Source: Alphaproteobacteria bacterium
GTDB lineage: Bacteria; Pseudomonadota; Alphaproteobacteria; Paracaedibacterales; CAIULA01
Direction: 5' to 3'
DNA: 64,000 nt
NCBI GenBank assembly: GCA_019749935.1
Contig: JAIEPD010000002.1
Span: 10,892 to 74,891 of the forward strand
In this document: piece after piece, positions 1 to 10,999 of the stretch
Numbering within the stretch: the stretch's first letter is position 1
Layout of the letters: the number at the start of each line of letters is the position of its first letter
The notes under the pieces: generated by a model
What the model saw: only the letters and a program-made list of their open reading frames with translations
What the model was told of the DNA's origin: nothing
Database searches by the model: none
Program-made: the position numbers and the translations under genes

Positions 1-330
1 CAAAGCAAGGTGTGACAAACGAGGATCAGTTTTTATAACCTCTAAACTGACGGGTTTATGAAGATCTTTAAGATATTTGACATCGACCATGACAAAACGC
101 TTTGTTTCATCGCTTGGATCTAGGTATGCTGTTTTGACAACCTCAACAATTCCAACGATGCTTTTTTCATTAACGGAATGATAGAAAAAGCATTGGTCGC
201 CAACCTTCATCGCTTTTAAGTTATTAGCTGCTTGGTAGTTTCTGACGCCATCCCAATGCGTTACGTTATGTTTTTTTTGATCTGCCCAGGACCATGTTCC
301 AGGTTCTGTTTTTATCAGCCAATATTTCAT
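1..330 (-). CDS. EVE (PUA-like) domain protein, C-terminal end outside window
   Basis: Not in the ORF track because its stop lies outside the window. My translation from the ATG at 328-330 (minus) reads MKYWLIKTEPGTWSWADQKKHNVTHWDGVRNYQAANNLKAMKVGDQCFFYHSVNEKSIVGIVEVVKTAY..., open to position 1. This is the typical EVE-domain N-terminus. Confidence 0.7.
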   Translation of the reverse strand, partial: MKYWLIKTEPGTWSWADQKKHNVTHWDGVRNYQAANNLKAMKVGDQCFFYHSVNEKSIVGIVEVVKTAYLDPSDETKRFVMVDVKYLKDLHKPVSLEVIKTDPRLSHLAL

Positions 331-342
331 AAGTTTTTCTCC

Positions 343-1356
343 TTAAGAGTCTTCCCATGCCGTTTTACGAGCTAAAAGAGACTTAATGACATCATCAACT
401 TGTTCGTTATGATACAATACTTTATAGATTGCATCGCAAATGGGCATCGATATAGATTTGTGGGTGGAAAGCTTATGAACAGCTTCGGCTGTATAAATCC
501 CCTCGGCTATGGTGTGAGTCTCTGAAAGGATATTCTTTAATTTTTTTCCTGCTCCCAATGCAACTCCTAAACTCATGTTTCTTGATTGCCGACTAGAACA
601 GGTTAAAGTCAAATCCCCAACAGCTGCAAGTCCTAAAAATGTTTCCAGTTTTCCACCCAGAGCAAGGCCAAGGCGCCTCATTTCAGCAAGGCCTCTGGTG
701 ATAAGGGCAGCATTGGCATTGTTTCCAAGGTTTTTTCCATGAACAATACCGCTTGCGATGGCAATGACATTCTTGACGGCGCCCGCAACTTGAACCCCGG
801 CAGGATCATCGCTGGCATAGATTCGGTAAAATGGGCTCTTTAATGTTTCAGCTAAGCTGAAAGCAAGTTCACAAGAGGGTGCAGCAAGGGTAGCCGCTGC
901 AGGCAATCCTTGGGCAATTTCAATTGCAAAATTAGGACCTGATAAAATAGCCAAAGGATTCGGTAATTCTTTACCAATAATCGCCGTTAAAAGAGAGCGT
1001 TCATCAATGATTTCACTATGCGCATCAATTCCTTTGGAGCAAATGACAACAGGGACATGAACGGGCAAATAAGGGCAAAGCTTTTTTGCTATTTCGCCAG
1101 AATTTTGGGTTGGAATAACCCATAAAACGATATCAGCGCTTTTTAATATGTCAAATTCTGAGGTGACGTGTATTTCAGGGTTTATAGAAATGCCTTGGAG
1201 GTATTTTTTATTTTCTCTGGTCTTTTGAATTTCTGCGGCTTGTTCACTTCTTCGCGGAAGAAGGGTAACTTTATGCGCAGCTTTATCCATAGCGACACTC
1301 AAAGCTGTTCCCCATGCACCGGCACCCAAAACAGCAATGTTTTTTTGATTTTTCAT
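343..1356 (-). CDS. gpsA: NAD(P)H-dependent glycerol-3-phosphate dehydrogenase
   Basis: 337 aa with an N-terminal Rossmann motif (VLGAGAWGTAL). Length and the conserved ...GKNLGNNANAALITRGLAEM... block are typical of GpsA. Confidence 0.9.
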   Translation of the reverse strand: MKNQKNIAVLGAGAWGTALSVAMDKAAHKVTLLPRRSEQAAEIQKTRENKKYLQGISINPEIHVTSEFDILKSADIVLWVIPTQNSGEIAKKLCPYLPVHVPVVICSKGIDAHSEIIDERSLLTAIIGKELPNPLAILSGPNFAIEIAQGLPAAATLAAPSCELAFSLAETLKSPFYRIYASDDPAGVQVAGAVKNVIAIASGIVHGKNLGNNANAALITRGLAEMRRLGLALGGKLETFLGLAAVGDLTLTCSSRQSRNMSLGVALGAGKKLKNILSETHTIAEGIYTAEAVHKLSTHKSISMPICDAIYKVLYHNEQVDDVIKSLLARKTAWEDS

Positions 1357-1371
1357 TCCTTGTTGTCTTTT

Positions 1372-2385
1372 CTAAAGCGGCCAACGGGGCTTTGGGGCAA
1401 AGTTAAGATCATCTGTCAAACCAAGTTTAAGTTTTTCAATTCCAACCCATGCAATCATTGCAGCATTATCTGTACAAAGTTTTAGAGGCGGTGCTATGAA
1501 TTCTAATGTATTCTCAATTGCTATATTTTGTAAATGCTGGCGAATGGTTTGGTTCGCTGCAACTCCCCCTGAAACGACAAAATGCTTTATGGGAAGATTC
1601 GTCATTTTTATAGCATTCTGCATTCTTTCTGAAAGGCACTCGGCAACTGCGTGCTGAAAGCTTGCGGACATATCAGCGATATCTTGGGATGATAAGTGGA
1701 GATGTTTTTCAATAACAAGCCTGGCTGCGGTTTTTAAACCCGCAAAAGAAAGATCACAACCGTCTCTTCCTTTTAGGGGGCGGGGCAGGGGAAAACGGTT
1801 AATATCGCCTTTGGCTGCAGCGCGTTCCATTGCCGGTCCTCCTGGATAATCAAGATTCATTAATTTTGCAACTTTATCAAAGGCCTCTCCAGCAGCATCA
1901 TCGATAGTTGATCCTAAAAGCCTATACTTTCCAACACCAAGCACCTCTAAAAACTGACAATGCCCACCAGATGCAAGCAACAAAAGATAGGGAAATTCAA
2001 TGTTATGACTGAGTCTGGGGGTTAAGGCGTGTGCTTCTAAATGGTTAACTGCAATAAAAGGTTTTTGAAGACCCATAGCCATCGCCTTTGCTGTCATAAC
2101 GCCCACCAGAACGCCGCCAATAAGGCCAGGACCTGCAGTAACAGCAATTGCATCAATATCGTTTAGGGTTGTCTTAGCTTCATTTAAGGCGCGATTGATA
2201 ATATTTTCTAGATAAAACAGATGAGCTCTTGCAGCAATTTCTGGGACAACACCACCATAAGGCTCGTGCTCTGTAATTTGTGAATGGATGATATTTGATA
2301 AAATACGCTTATCTAAATTGATTTCATCTTGAACAACAGCGGCAGCTGTTTCATCGCAGCTTGTTTCAATGCCTAAGATTTTCAT
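1372..2385 (-). CDS. tsaD: tRNA N6-adenosine threonylcarbamoyltransferase
   Basis: 337 aa. [18 protein letters not shown]-terminus and the HLEAH metal-binding motif of the Kae1/TsaD/Gcp family. The start overlaps the gltX stop by 4 nt. Confidence 0.9.
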   Translation of the reverse strand: MKILGIETSCDETAAAVVQDEINLDKRILSNIIHSQITEHEPYGGVVPEIAARAHLFYLENIINRALNEAKTTLNDIDAIAVTAGPGLIGGVLVGVMTAKAMAMGLQKPFIAVNHLEAHALTPRLSHNIEFPYLLLLASGGHCQFLEVLGVGKYRLLGSTIDDAAGEAFDKVAKLMNLDYPGGPAMERAAAKGDINRFPLPRPLKGRDGCDLSFAGLKTAARLVIEKHLHLSSQDIADMSASFQHAVAECLSERMQNAIKMTNLPIKHFVVSGGVAANQTIRQHLQNIAIENTLEFIAPPLKLCTDNAAMIAWVGIEKLKLGLTDDLNFAPKPRWPL

Positions 2386-3782
2386 TGAGCTATAAAAGCC
2401 TCTAGGCGTTTTAATGTTTCATCTTTACCTAAAACTTCCATCATCTCAAAAATACTGGGGGATACAGTGCGACCTGTAAGTGCAACCCTTAAGGGCTGTG
2501 CTAAATCCCCTAATTTTATCCCGTTTTCTTCTGCTGCATTTCGAATTGTATTGGCCACTATATCGTGATCAAAGGCATTAAGACTTTGTAACTTTAAAAT
2601 AACTTTTTGAATTAATTTTTTGTGATCATCGCTACAGAATTTAAGTGCCTTTTCGTCATGAGGCTGAACTTTGAAATAAATCAGCGCACTTTCAGCCAAT
2701 TCAATTAATGTTTTTGCTCTTTCCTTTAGGCCATTCATTCCTTTTGTCAAAAGATCTAATTGATCTTTGGAAGGGACCTCTCCGAAGAGGTCTGTCAGGA
2801 ACGGAATAATAAGCTTAGCAAGTTCACGATTGTCATAGTTACGAATATAATGCGCATTAATGTGCGTTAGTTTTGCTGTATCAAAGCGGGCAGGGGATCT
2901 GCCAATTGCTGGCAGGTCAAACCATTCAATAGCTTTTTCCGTTGGAATGATTTCTTCATCGCCGTGACCCCAGCCGAGCCTTAAAAGGTAGTTGCGCATA
3001 GCCTCTGGTAAAAAGCCCATTTCTCGGTATTGTTCTGCTCCAAGAGCTCCATGACGCTTCGATAATTTTGCACCGTCAGGCCCGTGAATTAAGGGAATAT
3101 GGGCAAACTCAGGGACTGTCCAACCGGCGGCAAGGTAAAGATGTTTTTGGCGGAACGCGTTGGTTAAATGATCATCTCCGCGGATAACATGAGTAATACC
3201 CATGTCATGGTCATCAACCACAACAGATAGCATGTACGTTGGCGTCCCATCAGCTCTTAAAAGGACCATATCGTCAAGCTGAGCATTATCAAGGCGAACT
3301 GTTCCTTGAACATGGTCATCAATAAGGGTTTCTCCGGTATGGGGAGCCTTAAAACGAATAACGGGCGCAACTCCCTTAGGAGCCTCTCTTGGATCACGAT
3401 CACGCCAATAGCCGTTGTAACGCATAGGCAGACCATTTTCTTTTGCATGTTCCCGCATTTTTTCTAATTCTTCGGGACTGCAATAACAGTAATAGGCTTT
3501 GCCTTCTTTGAGCAGTTGATTAGCAACCTCTGCATGACGATCCGCGCGCGCAAATTGAAAAACTGCATCCCCATCCCAGTTTAATCCCAGCCACTTCATG
3601 CTATCAAAAATAGCATCAACTGCCTCTGGCGTGGAACGGGCTCTGTCGGTATCTTCGATTCTAAGCAGGAATTTGCCTTTATGATGGTGCGCAAATAGCC
3701 AGTTGAATAAAGCGGTTCTGGCACTGCCTATATGAAGATATCCAGTGGGTGAGGGAGCGAATCGAACGATGACTTGGGACAT
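2382..3782 (-). CDS. gltX: glutamate--tRNA ligase
   Basis: 466 aa class I aaRS. HIGH-type motif ([13 protein letters not shown]) and KLSKR (KMSKS-type) motif. Confidence 0.9.
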   Translation of the reverse strand: MSQVIVRFAPSPTGYLHIGSARTALFNWLFAHHHKGKFLLRIEDTDRARSTPEAVDAIFDSMKWLGLNWDGDAVFQFARADRHAEVANQLLKEGKAYYCYCSPEELEKMREHAKENGLPMRYNGYWRDRDPREAPKGVAPVIRFKAPHTGETLIDDHVQGTVRLDNAQLDDMVLLRADGTPTYMLSVVVDDHDMGITHVIRGDDHLTNAFRQKHLYLAAGWTVPEFAHIPLIHGPDGAKLSKRHGALGAEQYREMGFLPEAMRNYLLRLGWGHGDEEIIPTEKAIEWFDLPAIGRSPARFDTAKLTHINAHYIRNYDNRELAKLIIPFLTDLFGEVPSKDQLDLLTKGMNGLKERAKTLIELAESALIYFKVQPHDEKALKFCSDDHKKLIQKVILKLQSLNAFDHDIVANTIRNAAEENGIKLGDLAQPLRVALTGRTVSPSIFEMMEVLGKDETLKRLEAFIAQ

Positions 3783-3793
3783 GATACTCCCCC

Positions 3794-5197
3794 CTACAAT
3801 CCAGTCTGCAAACGTTCCACCAATTGCTTGACTGTTGGAATAAAACCATTCGCATAAAACGGATCTTTAGCAAAACGATAGGCCTGATGCCCAGCAAACA
3901 TCAATTGATTGTTAACATCCCCTGTGTGGCTAATTTCTTGCAGTGTCTTTTGAATGCAAAAGGACCTAGGATCTGCTTTTTTGCCTGTTGTACCTTCTTC
4001 ATTTTGGGCCCAGTTACTAAAAGCACACGCTGAAAGGCAACCCATACAATTAATTTGATCGGTTAGAATCTCGTTTTCTTTTTCAGGTTTCACAAAAATA
4101 AGCGTTGAATCAGGGGTCCGCATCGCTGAAGTGTGACCTTCTGCTACCCAACTTTCCGCCTGTTCTTTATCGTGCGGCGTTAGATAAACAAGCCTTCCAC
4201 GGGCACCAACTGGGAACGGAGCCACATGATCACCAACGGCCGATATGCTGTAGGCGACTTGATGATCTGCGCGTGCTTGTAATTCATCTAAGAAATCATT
4301 GCGAACGGCTGATGAGTAAAACCCTGTTGGACTAAAGCGATTTAGATAGATATCGCCTTCTTTTAAGGTTAGTAGCTTTTGCTTCCACTCTTTGGAAATA
4401 GGGCTTTCCTTAGTCAAAAGAGGCCTTGTTCCAAACTGGAACGCAATAGGTCCGATTCTTGGATCATCGAGCCAATCTTCCCATTCGCTGAGTGCCCAAA
4501 CACCGCCTGCCATAAAAATAGGCGTATTATTTAAGCCGTATTCATTCATAGCTTCTCTTAAGGCGATAACGCGTTCTTTAGGTGGTTCTGGTTTCAAAGG
4601 ATCTTCGCTATTAGAAATGCCATTGTGACCGCCGGCAAGCCAAGGATCTTCGTAAACAACGCCACCAAGCCAATCAGAAAAACGATTGTAAGCTCTTTTC
4701 CATAAAATACGAAATGCGCGCGCAGATGAAACAATCGGATAATAATAAACGCCATAGTGAGCACAAATCTCTGCCAACTTATAGGGCATTCCAGCGCCGC
4801 ATGTGACCCCATGAACCATGCCTTTAGATTTTGACAGAACACCATGTAAAATAGGCTCAACTGCGCCCATTTCCCATAAAACATTCATATGAATGCGCCC
4901 TTGTCCATTTGAGGCTTCATGGGCAATTCTGGCTTGGGTAATGCCACCTTGAATAGAAAATTCAATCAGTTCATCATGACGCTCTCTTCGCGTCTTGCCA
5001 TGATAAACGATTGGGATTAATTGACCATTTTCATCGTGTGCATCGGCATTGACAGCTGAAAAAGTTCCCACACCTCCAGCTGCTGCCCAAGATCCTGAGC
5101 TTTCACCATTAGAAACAGCAATTCCTTTGCCGCCCTCTACTAACGGAAGAACTTCTCTTCCTGAGATAATTAACGGGCTCAACGATTTAATCACCAA
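3794..5197 (-). CDS. nitronate monooxygenase (2-nitropropane dioxygenase-like) family flavoprotein
   Basis: 467 aa. TIM-barrel NMO-like blocks ([10 protein letters not shown]..., [15 protein letters not shown]) recognised from memory of the long-form NPD family. The exact function is not inferable. Confidence 0.55.
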   Translation of the reverse strand: MVIKSLSPLIISGREVLPLVEGGKGIAVSNGESSGSWAAAGGVGTFSAVNADAHDENGQLIPIVYHGKTRRERHDELIEFSIQGGITQARIAHEASNGQGRIHMNVLWEMGAVEPILHGVLSKSKGMVHGVTCGAGMPYKLAEICAHYGVYYYPIVSSARAFRILWKRAYNRFSDWLGGVVYEDPWLAGGHNGISNSEDPLKPEPPKERVIALREAMNEYGLNNTPIFMAGGVWALSEWEDWLDDPRIGPIAFQFGTRPLLTKESPISKEWKQKLLTLKEGDIYLNRFSPTGFYSSAVRNDFLDELQARADHQVAYSISAVGDHVAPFPVGARGRLVYLTPHDKEQAESWVAEGHTSAMRTPDSTLIFVKPEKENEILTDQINCMGCLSACAFSNWAQNEEGTTGKKADPRSFCIQKTLQEISHTGDVNNQLMFAGHQAYRFAKDPFYANGFIPTVKQLVERLQTGL

Positions 5198-5278
5198 ATT
5201 TTCCCTTAAATACTATTCTGATATCATATTGAAACTTTTGTACCTTTTCTTAAGCCGAATATCAAGAGGCGAGGGAAG

Positions 5279-6679
5279 TTATTTGGTTAATATTTTGATC
5301 AATGCCGCAGCTTTTGTTTCTGTTTCAGCGTACTCTTCAAAAGGATCAGAGTCAGCCACAATTCCGCCGCCTACTTGGAAGCAAATTTTATTCTCTTGAA
5401 CGGTCAAGGTTCGAATAGCAATGTTTGTATCCATATTTCCATTAAAGCTCATATAACCAATAGAACCGCAATAAGGGCCACGTTGATTGGGTTCTAATTC
5501 AGCGATAATTTCCATAGCCCTAATTTTAGGAGCGCCCGTGATCGATCCACCAGGAAAAGTCGCTTTTAATAAATCAACATTGTCCAATTCAGGTTTTAAA
5601 GTTCCAACCACGGTTGAGACTAAATGATGAACGGTTGCATAAGATTCAAGTTTTAATAAAGAAGGAACTTGAACGCTAAAAATCTCACAAACCTTAGACA
5701 AATCGTTACGCATCAGATCAACAATCATCACGTTCTCTGCTTGATCTTTTTCAGAATCTAAAAGCTCTTGTGCTAATTTTGCATCTTCTAAGGGGTCTGA
5801 AGAGCGTTTGCGTGTCCCTTTTATAGGGCGTGCTTCAATTTTTTCCTGGTCAGATTTCAAAAATCTTTCTGGTGAAGATGATAAAAGGTATGTAGGTGCT
5901 GCATTAAAATAAGCAGAAAAAGGAGCAGGGTTTTCAGTGCGTAGTTTCTGGTAAAGAGCTAAAAGATCGTAGTCTTCAGGCAAATCACCGCTTAAACGCC
6001 TTGATAAATTGGTTTGAAAAACATCGCCTGCATAAATGTAATCAATAACTTTTTGCACGGCTTGTTGGTAAGTTTCAGGTGTAAAATTGCACGTCAAAGA
6101 CGGTAATGCGGGCGGAGGAGTCAAAGATACAGGTTCTGCATTTCGGATACGAGTCACAAAATAATCAAGACGTTCTTGTGCCTTTTGCTGTTGCTTTGAC
6201 TCTTCGGTTTCTGGATAACCTGTTGAAATAACCCACGCTTTTTTATCCTCATGATCATAGGCAACAACAACGTCATAATACCCAAGAACAAGGTCTTTTG
6301 CGCCTAAATCATCTTGAAGAGGTCTTGGGAGTTTCTCCAAATGATGACAAAGATCATAAGCAAAATAACCTGCAATTCCGGCTTGCCATGGGGGAAGATT
6401 TGGATGATTTGCACATTTAAATTCTGTTAAGCTTTTTTGAAGAACATCAAACGGATTGCCTTCAAAGATGTGATCTTGAAAGTCAATTTTTCCATTTTTA
6501 CTAGTAAGTGTATAAACAGGATCAAAACTCCAAAAGCTATATCTTCCTGTACCAACAGGCCATTTGTTATTGGAAGAAGGCGCAGAATCTAAAAAAATGC
6601 TTCCCTTTTGGTTTGCAAAAGAGGAAAAATCTAGAAAAGGATCCTTATAAGTAATTTCTTGATAAAGAGACTGAAACAT
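5279..6679 (-). CDS. pabB: aminodeoxychorismate synthase component I (chorismate-binding enzyme)
   Basis: 466 aa with a C-terminal chorismate-binding signature (PGGSITGAPKIRAMEII.ELE, RGPYCGSIGY, GGGIVADSDP). No trp genes are adjacent. PabB versus TrpE cannot be fully resolved by eye. Confidence 0.7.
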   Translation of the reverse strand: MFQSLYQEITYKDPFLDFSSFANQKGSIFLDSAPSSNNKWPVGTGRYSFWSFDPVYTLTSKNGKIDFQDHIFEGNPFDVLQKSLTEFKCANHPNLPPWQAGIAGYFAYDLCHHLEKLPRPLQDDLGAKDLVLGYYDVVVAYDHEDKKAWVISTGYPETEESKQQQKAQERLDYFVTRIRNAEPVSLTPPPALPSLTCNFTPETYQQAVQKVIDYIYAGDVFQTNLSRRLSGDLPEDYDLLALYQKLRTENPAPFSAYFNAAPTYLLSSSPERFLKSDQEKIEARPIKGTRKRSSDPLEDAKLAQELLDSEKDQAENVMIVDLMRNDLSKVCEIFSVQVPSLLKLESYATVHHLVSTVVGTLKPELDNVDLLKATFPGGSITGAPKIRAMEIIAELEPNQRGPYCGSIGYMSFNGNMDTNIAIRTLTVQENKICFQVGGGIVADSDPFEEYAETETKAAALIKILTK

Positions 6680-6682
6680 AAT

Positions 6683-7348
6683 TCACCGCTTTTTAATAAG
6701 GGTTAATCCATCACCGATAGGGACAAGAGAAATGTCCACACGCTGGTCGTTATGTATGTTGTGATTCAATCTTCGGATTTCAAGAGTAGAACCATCTTGT
6801 TGATCCTGGTCAGCTACTTTTCCGGCCCACAAAACATTGTCGATTGCTATGATTCCCTTTGGCGCTAAAAGCTTTAAGCATAGTTCATAGTAGGTGTTAT
6901 ATTTTTTCTTATCAGCATCAATAAAAATAAAATCAAATTGCTGATTTTCATCAAGCAGTTTTTGTAAACTCTCTAGGGCTGGAGCAAGACGAAGCTCAAT
7001 TTTGTCTGAAACGCCGGCTTTTTCCCAGTAAATTTTGGCAATTTTAGTCCATTCATGATTTTTATCGCATGTTATGACTTTTCCATCTTTTGGCAAAGCC
7101 TTTGCCATAACAAGGCTGCTGTAACCTGTATAGGTTCCAATTTCAAGAATACGTTTTGCGCCCGTTAATTGAACTAAAAAAGCCATGAATTGCCCTTGAA
7201 GCGGCAAGATTTGCATATATCTTTCTGGCATTTTCTCTGTTTGTTCACGAAGAGCATTCAGGATGTCATCTTCCCGCAGCCAATTTTGAAGACAATAATT
7301 GTAAAGCTCAGGGGTTAAGCCTAGATTTTTTTCAATTTTTACGGCCAA
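6683..7348 (-). CDS. class I SAM-dependent O-methyltransferase (caffeoyl-CoA OMT-like family)
   Basis: 221 aa. Motif I ILEIGTYTGYS and FDFIFIDADK, typical of family-3 O-methyltransferases. TTG start. Separated from pabB by 3 nt. Confidence 0.75.
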   Translation of the reverse strand: MAVKIEKNLGLTPELYNYCLQNWLREDDILNALREQTEKMPERYMQILPLQGQFMAFLVQLTGAKRILEIGTYTGYSSLVMAKALPKDGKVITCDKNHEWTKIAKIYWEKAGVSDKIELRLAPALESLQKLLDENQQFDFIFIDADKKKYNTYYELCLKLLAPKGIIAIDNVLWAGKVADQDQQDGSTLEIRRLNHNIHNDQRVDISLVPIGDGLTLIKKR

Positions 7349-7472
7349 TTTTTTTATCTTATTAAAACTACATGATGAAATATTTCTATCATTACCTTGA
7401 GCAATAAAAAAGAACTAAGCTTAATGATAAAATTTTAACTAAATTTTAACCCAAGTCAGCAATGCTGAAAGT

Positions 7473-9890
7473 ATGAAGATAGAATCACTTTCACATGAGC
7501 ATGTTGGGCTTCCTAGTTTCTCAAACGTAGAAAATAGTAACTCTAGCGATGTTTCTTATGATCCTCCTGCGACTCTCACGCAGCGCGGAGTTGAGGTGTA
7601 TGATAACTATTCTTTAACTCTTTTTGATTTGTCTTCACACAGTAGGGCCAGAGAGGCCATACATTTTGGCCTTAAAATGAGAGACAAAGGATTTCATGTT
7701 TTTGTTGTGGGTGAAGATAGAAGTGGACGCATGACAGCGACACTGACCTATTTAAAACAATATATCAAAACCATGCAGGCTCCCCTAGATTTGGTATACC
7801 TTAATAATTTTTCTGAAACGCATCGCCCAAAACCCTATTCACTGCCAGCAGGGCTTGGGGCGGTTTTGGTCCAAAAAACAAAAGATCTTATCAAAAATAT
7901 ACAAGTCATCCTTAACAAAATGACAACAAATCCTCATTATTTAAGGCAGATTGATTCTTTAAGTGCGTCTTTGGATTACCAAATAGAACAACAAATTGCA
8001 GAGGTTAAGCATTATGCTCATGAAAGGGGATATGAAGTTACTCAAAACCCTGATGGATTTAATGTAGAATTAAGGCAAGACGCTAATTTTGAAAATGACA
8101 AAGATGGAAGCGCTAATTTACAAGATGTTAAAGATAGACTAAACCGAATTTCACTTTCCATTCATTTAACAAGTCAGAAAATTAATAAAAAAGCTGAGGA
8201 AATCAAACAAAACACAGCGCAAAAATCCATTCACACACTGATCCAAAAATTCCAAGAAGAATTTGGTATTTATTTAGGGGGTTGGATTGATGAATTAAAA
8301 AATGACATTTTAAATCGCATTGATGATTTTCTGGATGATCAAATAGATGAAGGGGCAAAAAGATTTTTCAATTTGGAGGAATGGTACGGAGTTAACCTGT
8401 TTGTAGATCATCGGTATTCTAAGCATCCAAAAGTTATCCTAGAAGCCCATCCGACCTATGAAAACCTATTTGGATCGATTAAATATCGCACAAGTGCCTC
8501 TGGTGCTGTTGAAACCAATTTTACAATGATCCGCCCTGGAGCTTTTCACATGGCAAATGGTGGGATTTTGGTGTTGCGTGCCGAAGCTTTGGCCCAAGAC
8601 CCTGAGCTTTGGGAATTTATCAAAGGAGCACTTAGAGATCAGGTAATTCGCATTGAAGAAAGAGTGAGAGAAGGGGGGCTTCCTCTCTTAAATGCTCCAG
8701 AACCGCATAGTGTAGCGCTGGACGTACAAGTGTTTTTAGTTGCGTCCCCCAGCTGGTATTACACCTTCTTTTTTAATGATCCTGATTTTAGATCTTATTT
8801 TAAAATTAAAGCAGACATTGACCCAGATTTGCCGGCCACCCCTGAAAATATCACTGTTTATAGACAATTGATTAAGCAAAACGCTATCAGCCTAACAGGG
8901 CTTCAGATTACCGAAGACGCAATTGATTACCTGATGGGATATAGCGCAAGGTGGGTGGGGCACCGGGAAAAATTAAGTGCTAGGTTTGAATTGGTCGCTG
9001 ACATTTTAACCGAAGCTGGAGTATTAAGCGAAGGGGATCCAGTTATCTCAAAGGATACACTTATCGAAGTTATCAATTTACGGCGCTTAAGAAACGCAAG
9101 TGTTGAAGATAGAACCCACCAAGAAATTGCCGCAAAACAAGTTTTGATTGACACCAAAGGATTTGCCATAGGGCAAATAAATGGTTTGGCTGTACTTGGC
9201 ACAGGTGATCATAATTATGGCATGCCTAGTCGTATCAGTGCACGCACCTATGCCGGCGAAGAAGGGGTTGTTAATATTGAACGCTTGACTGAAATGGGCG
9301 GCCCTATCCAACAAAAGGCAGCATTGATATTAGAAGGATTTTTAAATGCTCTTTTTGCTCAGCGTTTTCCCTTGTCTTATTGTTGCTCTTTAACATTTGA
9401 GCAAAATTATGGTGATATCGAAGGGGATAGCGCCTCTTTGGCAGAAGTCGCTGCTATCATATCATCGCTTTCGGGCTTTCCAATTCGTCAAGACATTGGC
9501 ATCACTGGATCGATGAATCAGTTTGGCTTAGCGCAATCAATTGGTGGTGTTCATTATAAGATTGAAGGTTTCCATAGGGTATGTACTGAACAAGGGTTAA
9601 GCGGAACACAAGGTGTGATTATACCTTATTCCAATTGCAAGCACCTTACGTTACGGGAAAATGTTGTGGAAGATGTCCGTCAAGGAAAGTTCTCTATCTG
9701 GCCGGTTAAGTCTATATTCCAAGCGATTGAAATTCTGACAAATAAAGAATGCGGCCTAAAGCTGTGTGATGATGGAATGCCGATGGATACACAATATCCA
9801 CATTACCGCTTTACAAGAGGAAGCATTTTCAGCGCCATAGCTCAAAGGTTAGAACAGTATAATAAGGCTGTAAAATCAGGGCATAGATAA
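7473..9890 (+). CDS. Lon-like protease (AAA-like N-terminal region plus S16 Lon proteolytic domain)
   Basis: 805 aa. The C-terminal Lon protease domain has a catalytic-Ser context (IEGDSASLAEVAAIISSLSG) and a downstream Lys context (IGGVHYKIEGF). The N-terminal P-loop-like segment GEDRSGRMT is non-canonical. Confidence 0.75.
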   Translation: MKIESLSHEHVGLPSFSNVENSNSSDVSYDPPATLTQRGVEVYDNYSLTLFDLSSHSRAREAIHFGLKMRDKGFHVFVVGEDRSGRMTATLTYLKQYIKTMQAPLDLVYLNNFSETHRPKPYSLPAGLGAVLVQKTKDLIKNIQVILNKMTTNPHYLRQIDSLSASLDYQIEQQIAEVKHYAHERGYEVTQNPDGFNVELRQDANFENDKDGSANLQDVKDRLNRISLSIHLTSQKINKKAEEIKQNTAQKSIHTLIQKFQEEFGIYLGGWIDELKNDILNRIDDFLDDQIDEGAKRFFNLEEWYGVNLFVDHRYSKHPKVILEAHPTYENLFGSIKYRTSASGAVETNFTMIRPGAFHMANGGILVLRAEALAQDPELWEFIKGALRDQVIRIEERVREGGLPLLNAPEPHSVALDVQVFLVASPSWYYTFFFNDPDFRSYFKIKADIDPDLPATPENITVYRQLIKQNAISLTGLQITEDAIDYLMGYSARWVGHREKLSARFELVADILTEAGVLSEGDPVISKDTLIEVINLRRLRNASVEDRTHQEIAAKQVLIDTKGFAIGQINGLAVLGTGDHNYGMPSRISARTYAGEEGVVNIERLTEMGGPIQQKAALILEGFLNALFAQRFPLSYCCSLTFEQNYGDIEGDSASLAEVAAIISSLSGFPIRQDIGITGSMNQFGLAQSIGGVHYKIEGFHRVCTEQGLSGTQGVIIPYSNCKHLTLRENVVEDVRQGKFSIWPVKSIFQAIEILTNKECGLKLCDDGMPMDTQYPHYRFTRGSIFSAIAQRLEQYNKAVKSGHR

Positions 9891-9901
9891 ATAGTAGATT
9901 G

Positions 9902-10921
9902 CTATCGATCTATCCGCGGCAACAGCCCCAGCGCATCTCTGATTTCTTTTAGATTTTTTTCAGCCAAAGTGTTTGCAGTTTCTGAGCCCTTATAAAGGAT
10001 TTTGTCGATTTCATTTGGATTTTGTAATAGGAACAGCATTTTCTCGCGGATGGGTGTTAAAGAACTAATCAAAACCTGTGTCAAGGCTTTTTTTACAGAT
10101 GAAAATGTTTGACCCTCAAAATCGGCACACAAAGATTCAATCGTCTGATCACTAAGCGCTGCGTAGATACCTAAAAGATTCAATGCCTCTGGACGATTGT
10201 TTAATTCTTTAGCAGTACCTGGAATGGGGTCACTATCTGTTTTTGCTTTGCGGATTTTAAGGGCAATTGTATCAGCATCATCCAGAAGATGAATACGTGA
10301 ATAATCAGATAAATCTGACTTACTCATTTTGCTAAGCCCATCCCTAAGGCTCATGATTCTGGCTGTTTCTTTTGGAATAATAGGCTCTGGTAGGGGAAAA
10401 AGCTTATAATTAACATGCTTATTAAAAACACTCGCTAAATCACGAACCAACTCCACATGTTGCTTTTGGTCCTCACCAACGGGAACATGACTTGCTTTGT
10501 AAATTAAGATATCGGCTGCCATTAAGACAGGGTAGGCGTACAGAGATAGATTGGCGCGATCGCTATTCTTGCCAGCTTTGTCTTTAAATTGCGTCATGCG
10601 ATTCAACCAACCCAAAGGAGCAAAGCAATTAAGGTACCAAGCAAGTTCGGTGTGGGCAGGAACATGACTTTGTGTAAAAATAGCACTTTTATTAGGATCA
10701 ATACCGCAAGCAATATAGGCAGCTGCGATAATTCTGGTATTATGAGCTAAATTTTTTGGATCTTCATCAGCCGTTATGGCGTGTTGGTCAACAATGCAAA
10801 ATAGCTGTTCTGTTGTGTTTTTAGCCATCCTTACCCAATTACGGATAGCGCCCAAGTAATTTCCCAAATGGATATGACCCGTTGGCCTTACACCTGATAA
10901 AACTCTTTGATAAACAGACAC
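9902..10921 (-). CDS. trpS: tryptophan--tRNA ligase
   Basis: 339 aa class I aaRS. N-terminal SGVRPTGHIHLGNYLG and KMSKS motif (SKMSKSD). GTG start. Confidence 0.9.
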   Translation of the reverse strand: MSVYQRVLSGVRPTGHIHLGNYLGAIRNWVRMAKNTTEQLFCIVDQHAITADEDPKNLAHNTRIIAAAYIACGIDPNKSAIFTQSHVPAHTELAWYLNCFAPLGWLNRMTQFKDKAGKNSDRANLSLYAYPVLMAADILIYKASHVPVGEDQKQHVELVRDLASVFNKHVNYKLFPLPEPIIPKETARIMSLRDGLSKMSKSDLSDYSRIHLLDDADTIALKIRKAKTDSDPIPGTAKELNNRPEALNLLGIYAALSDQTIESLCADFEGQTFSSVKKALTQVLISSLTPIREKMLFLLQNPNEIDKILYKGSETANTLAEKNLKEIRDALGLLPRIDR

Positions 10922-10999
10922 AAAACAGAACCTTATTTATTTTTAATTTGTTAGATATCCTAACATCATGAGCGAAAAGAGTCTTATGAAAATTTGAAA

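Noticed and set aside
1168-1485. Numerous 60-110-aa ORFs antisense to or out of frame within long genes (for example 1168-1485, 3257-3448, 4594-4884, 25342-25668, 58183-58485, 58724-59020, 60379-60648)
   Set aside because: Each is fully embedded in a well-supported conserved gene on the other strand or frame. Their low-complexity or Cys/Arg-rich translations are typical shadow ORFs.
7473-9890. Lon-like protease plus nearby methyltransferase as a BREX-like or other defence module
   Set aside because: The neighbouring methyltransferase is a small O-methyltransferase, divergent and coupled to pabB. It is not a PglX-type DNA methyltransferase. No BrxA/B/C, PglZ, nuclease or helicase genes are nearby, and the context is housekeeping.
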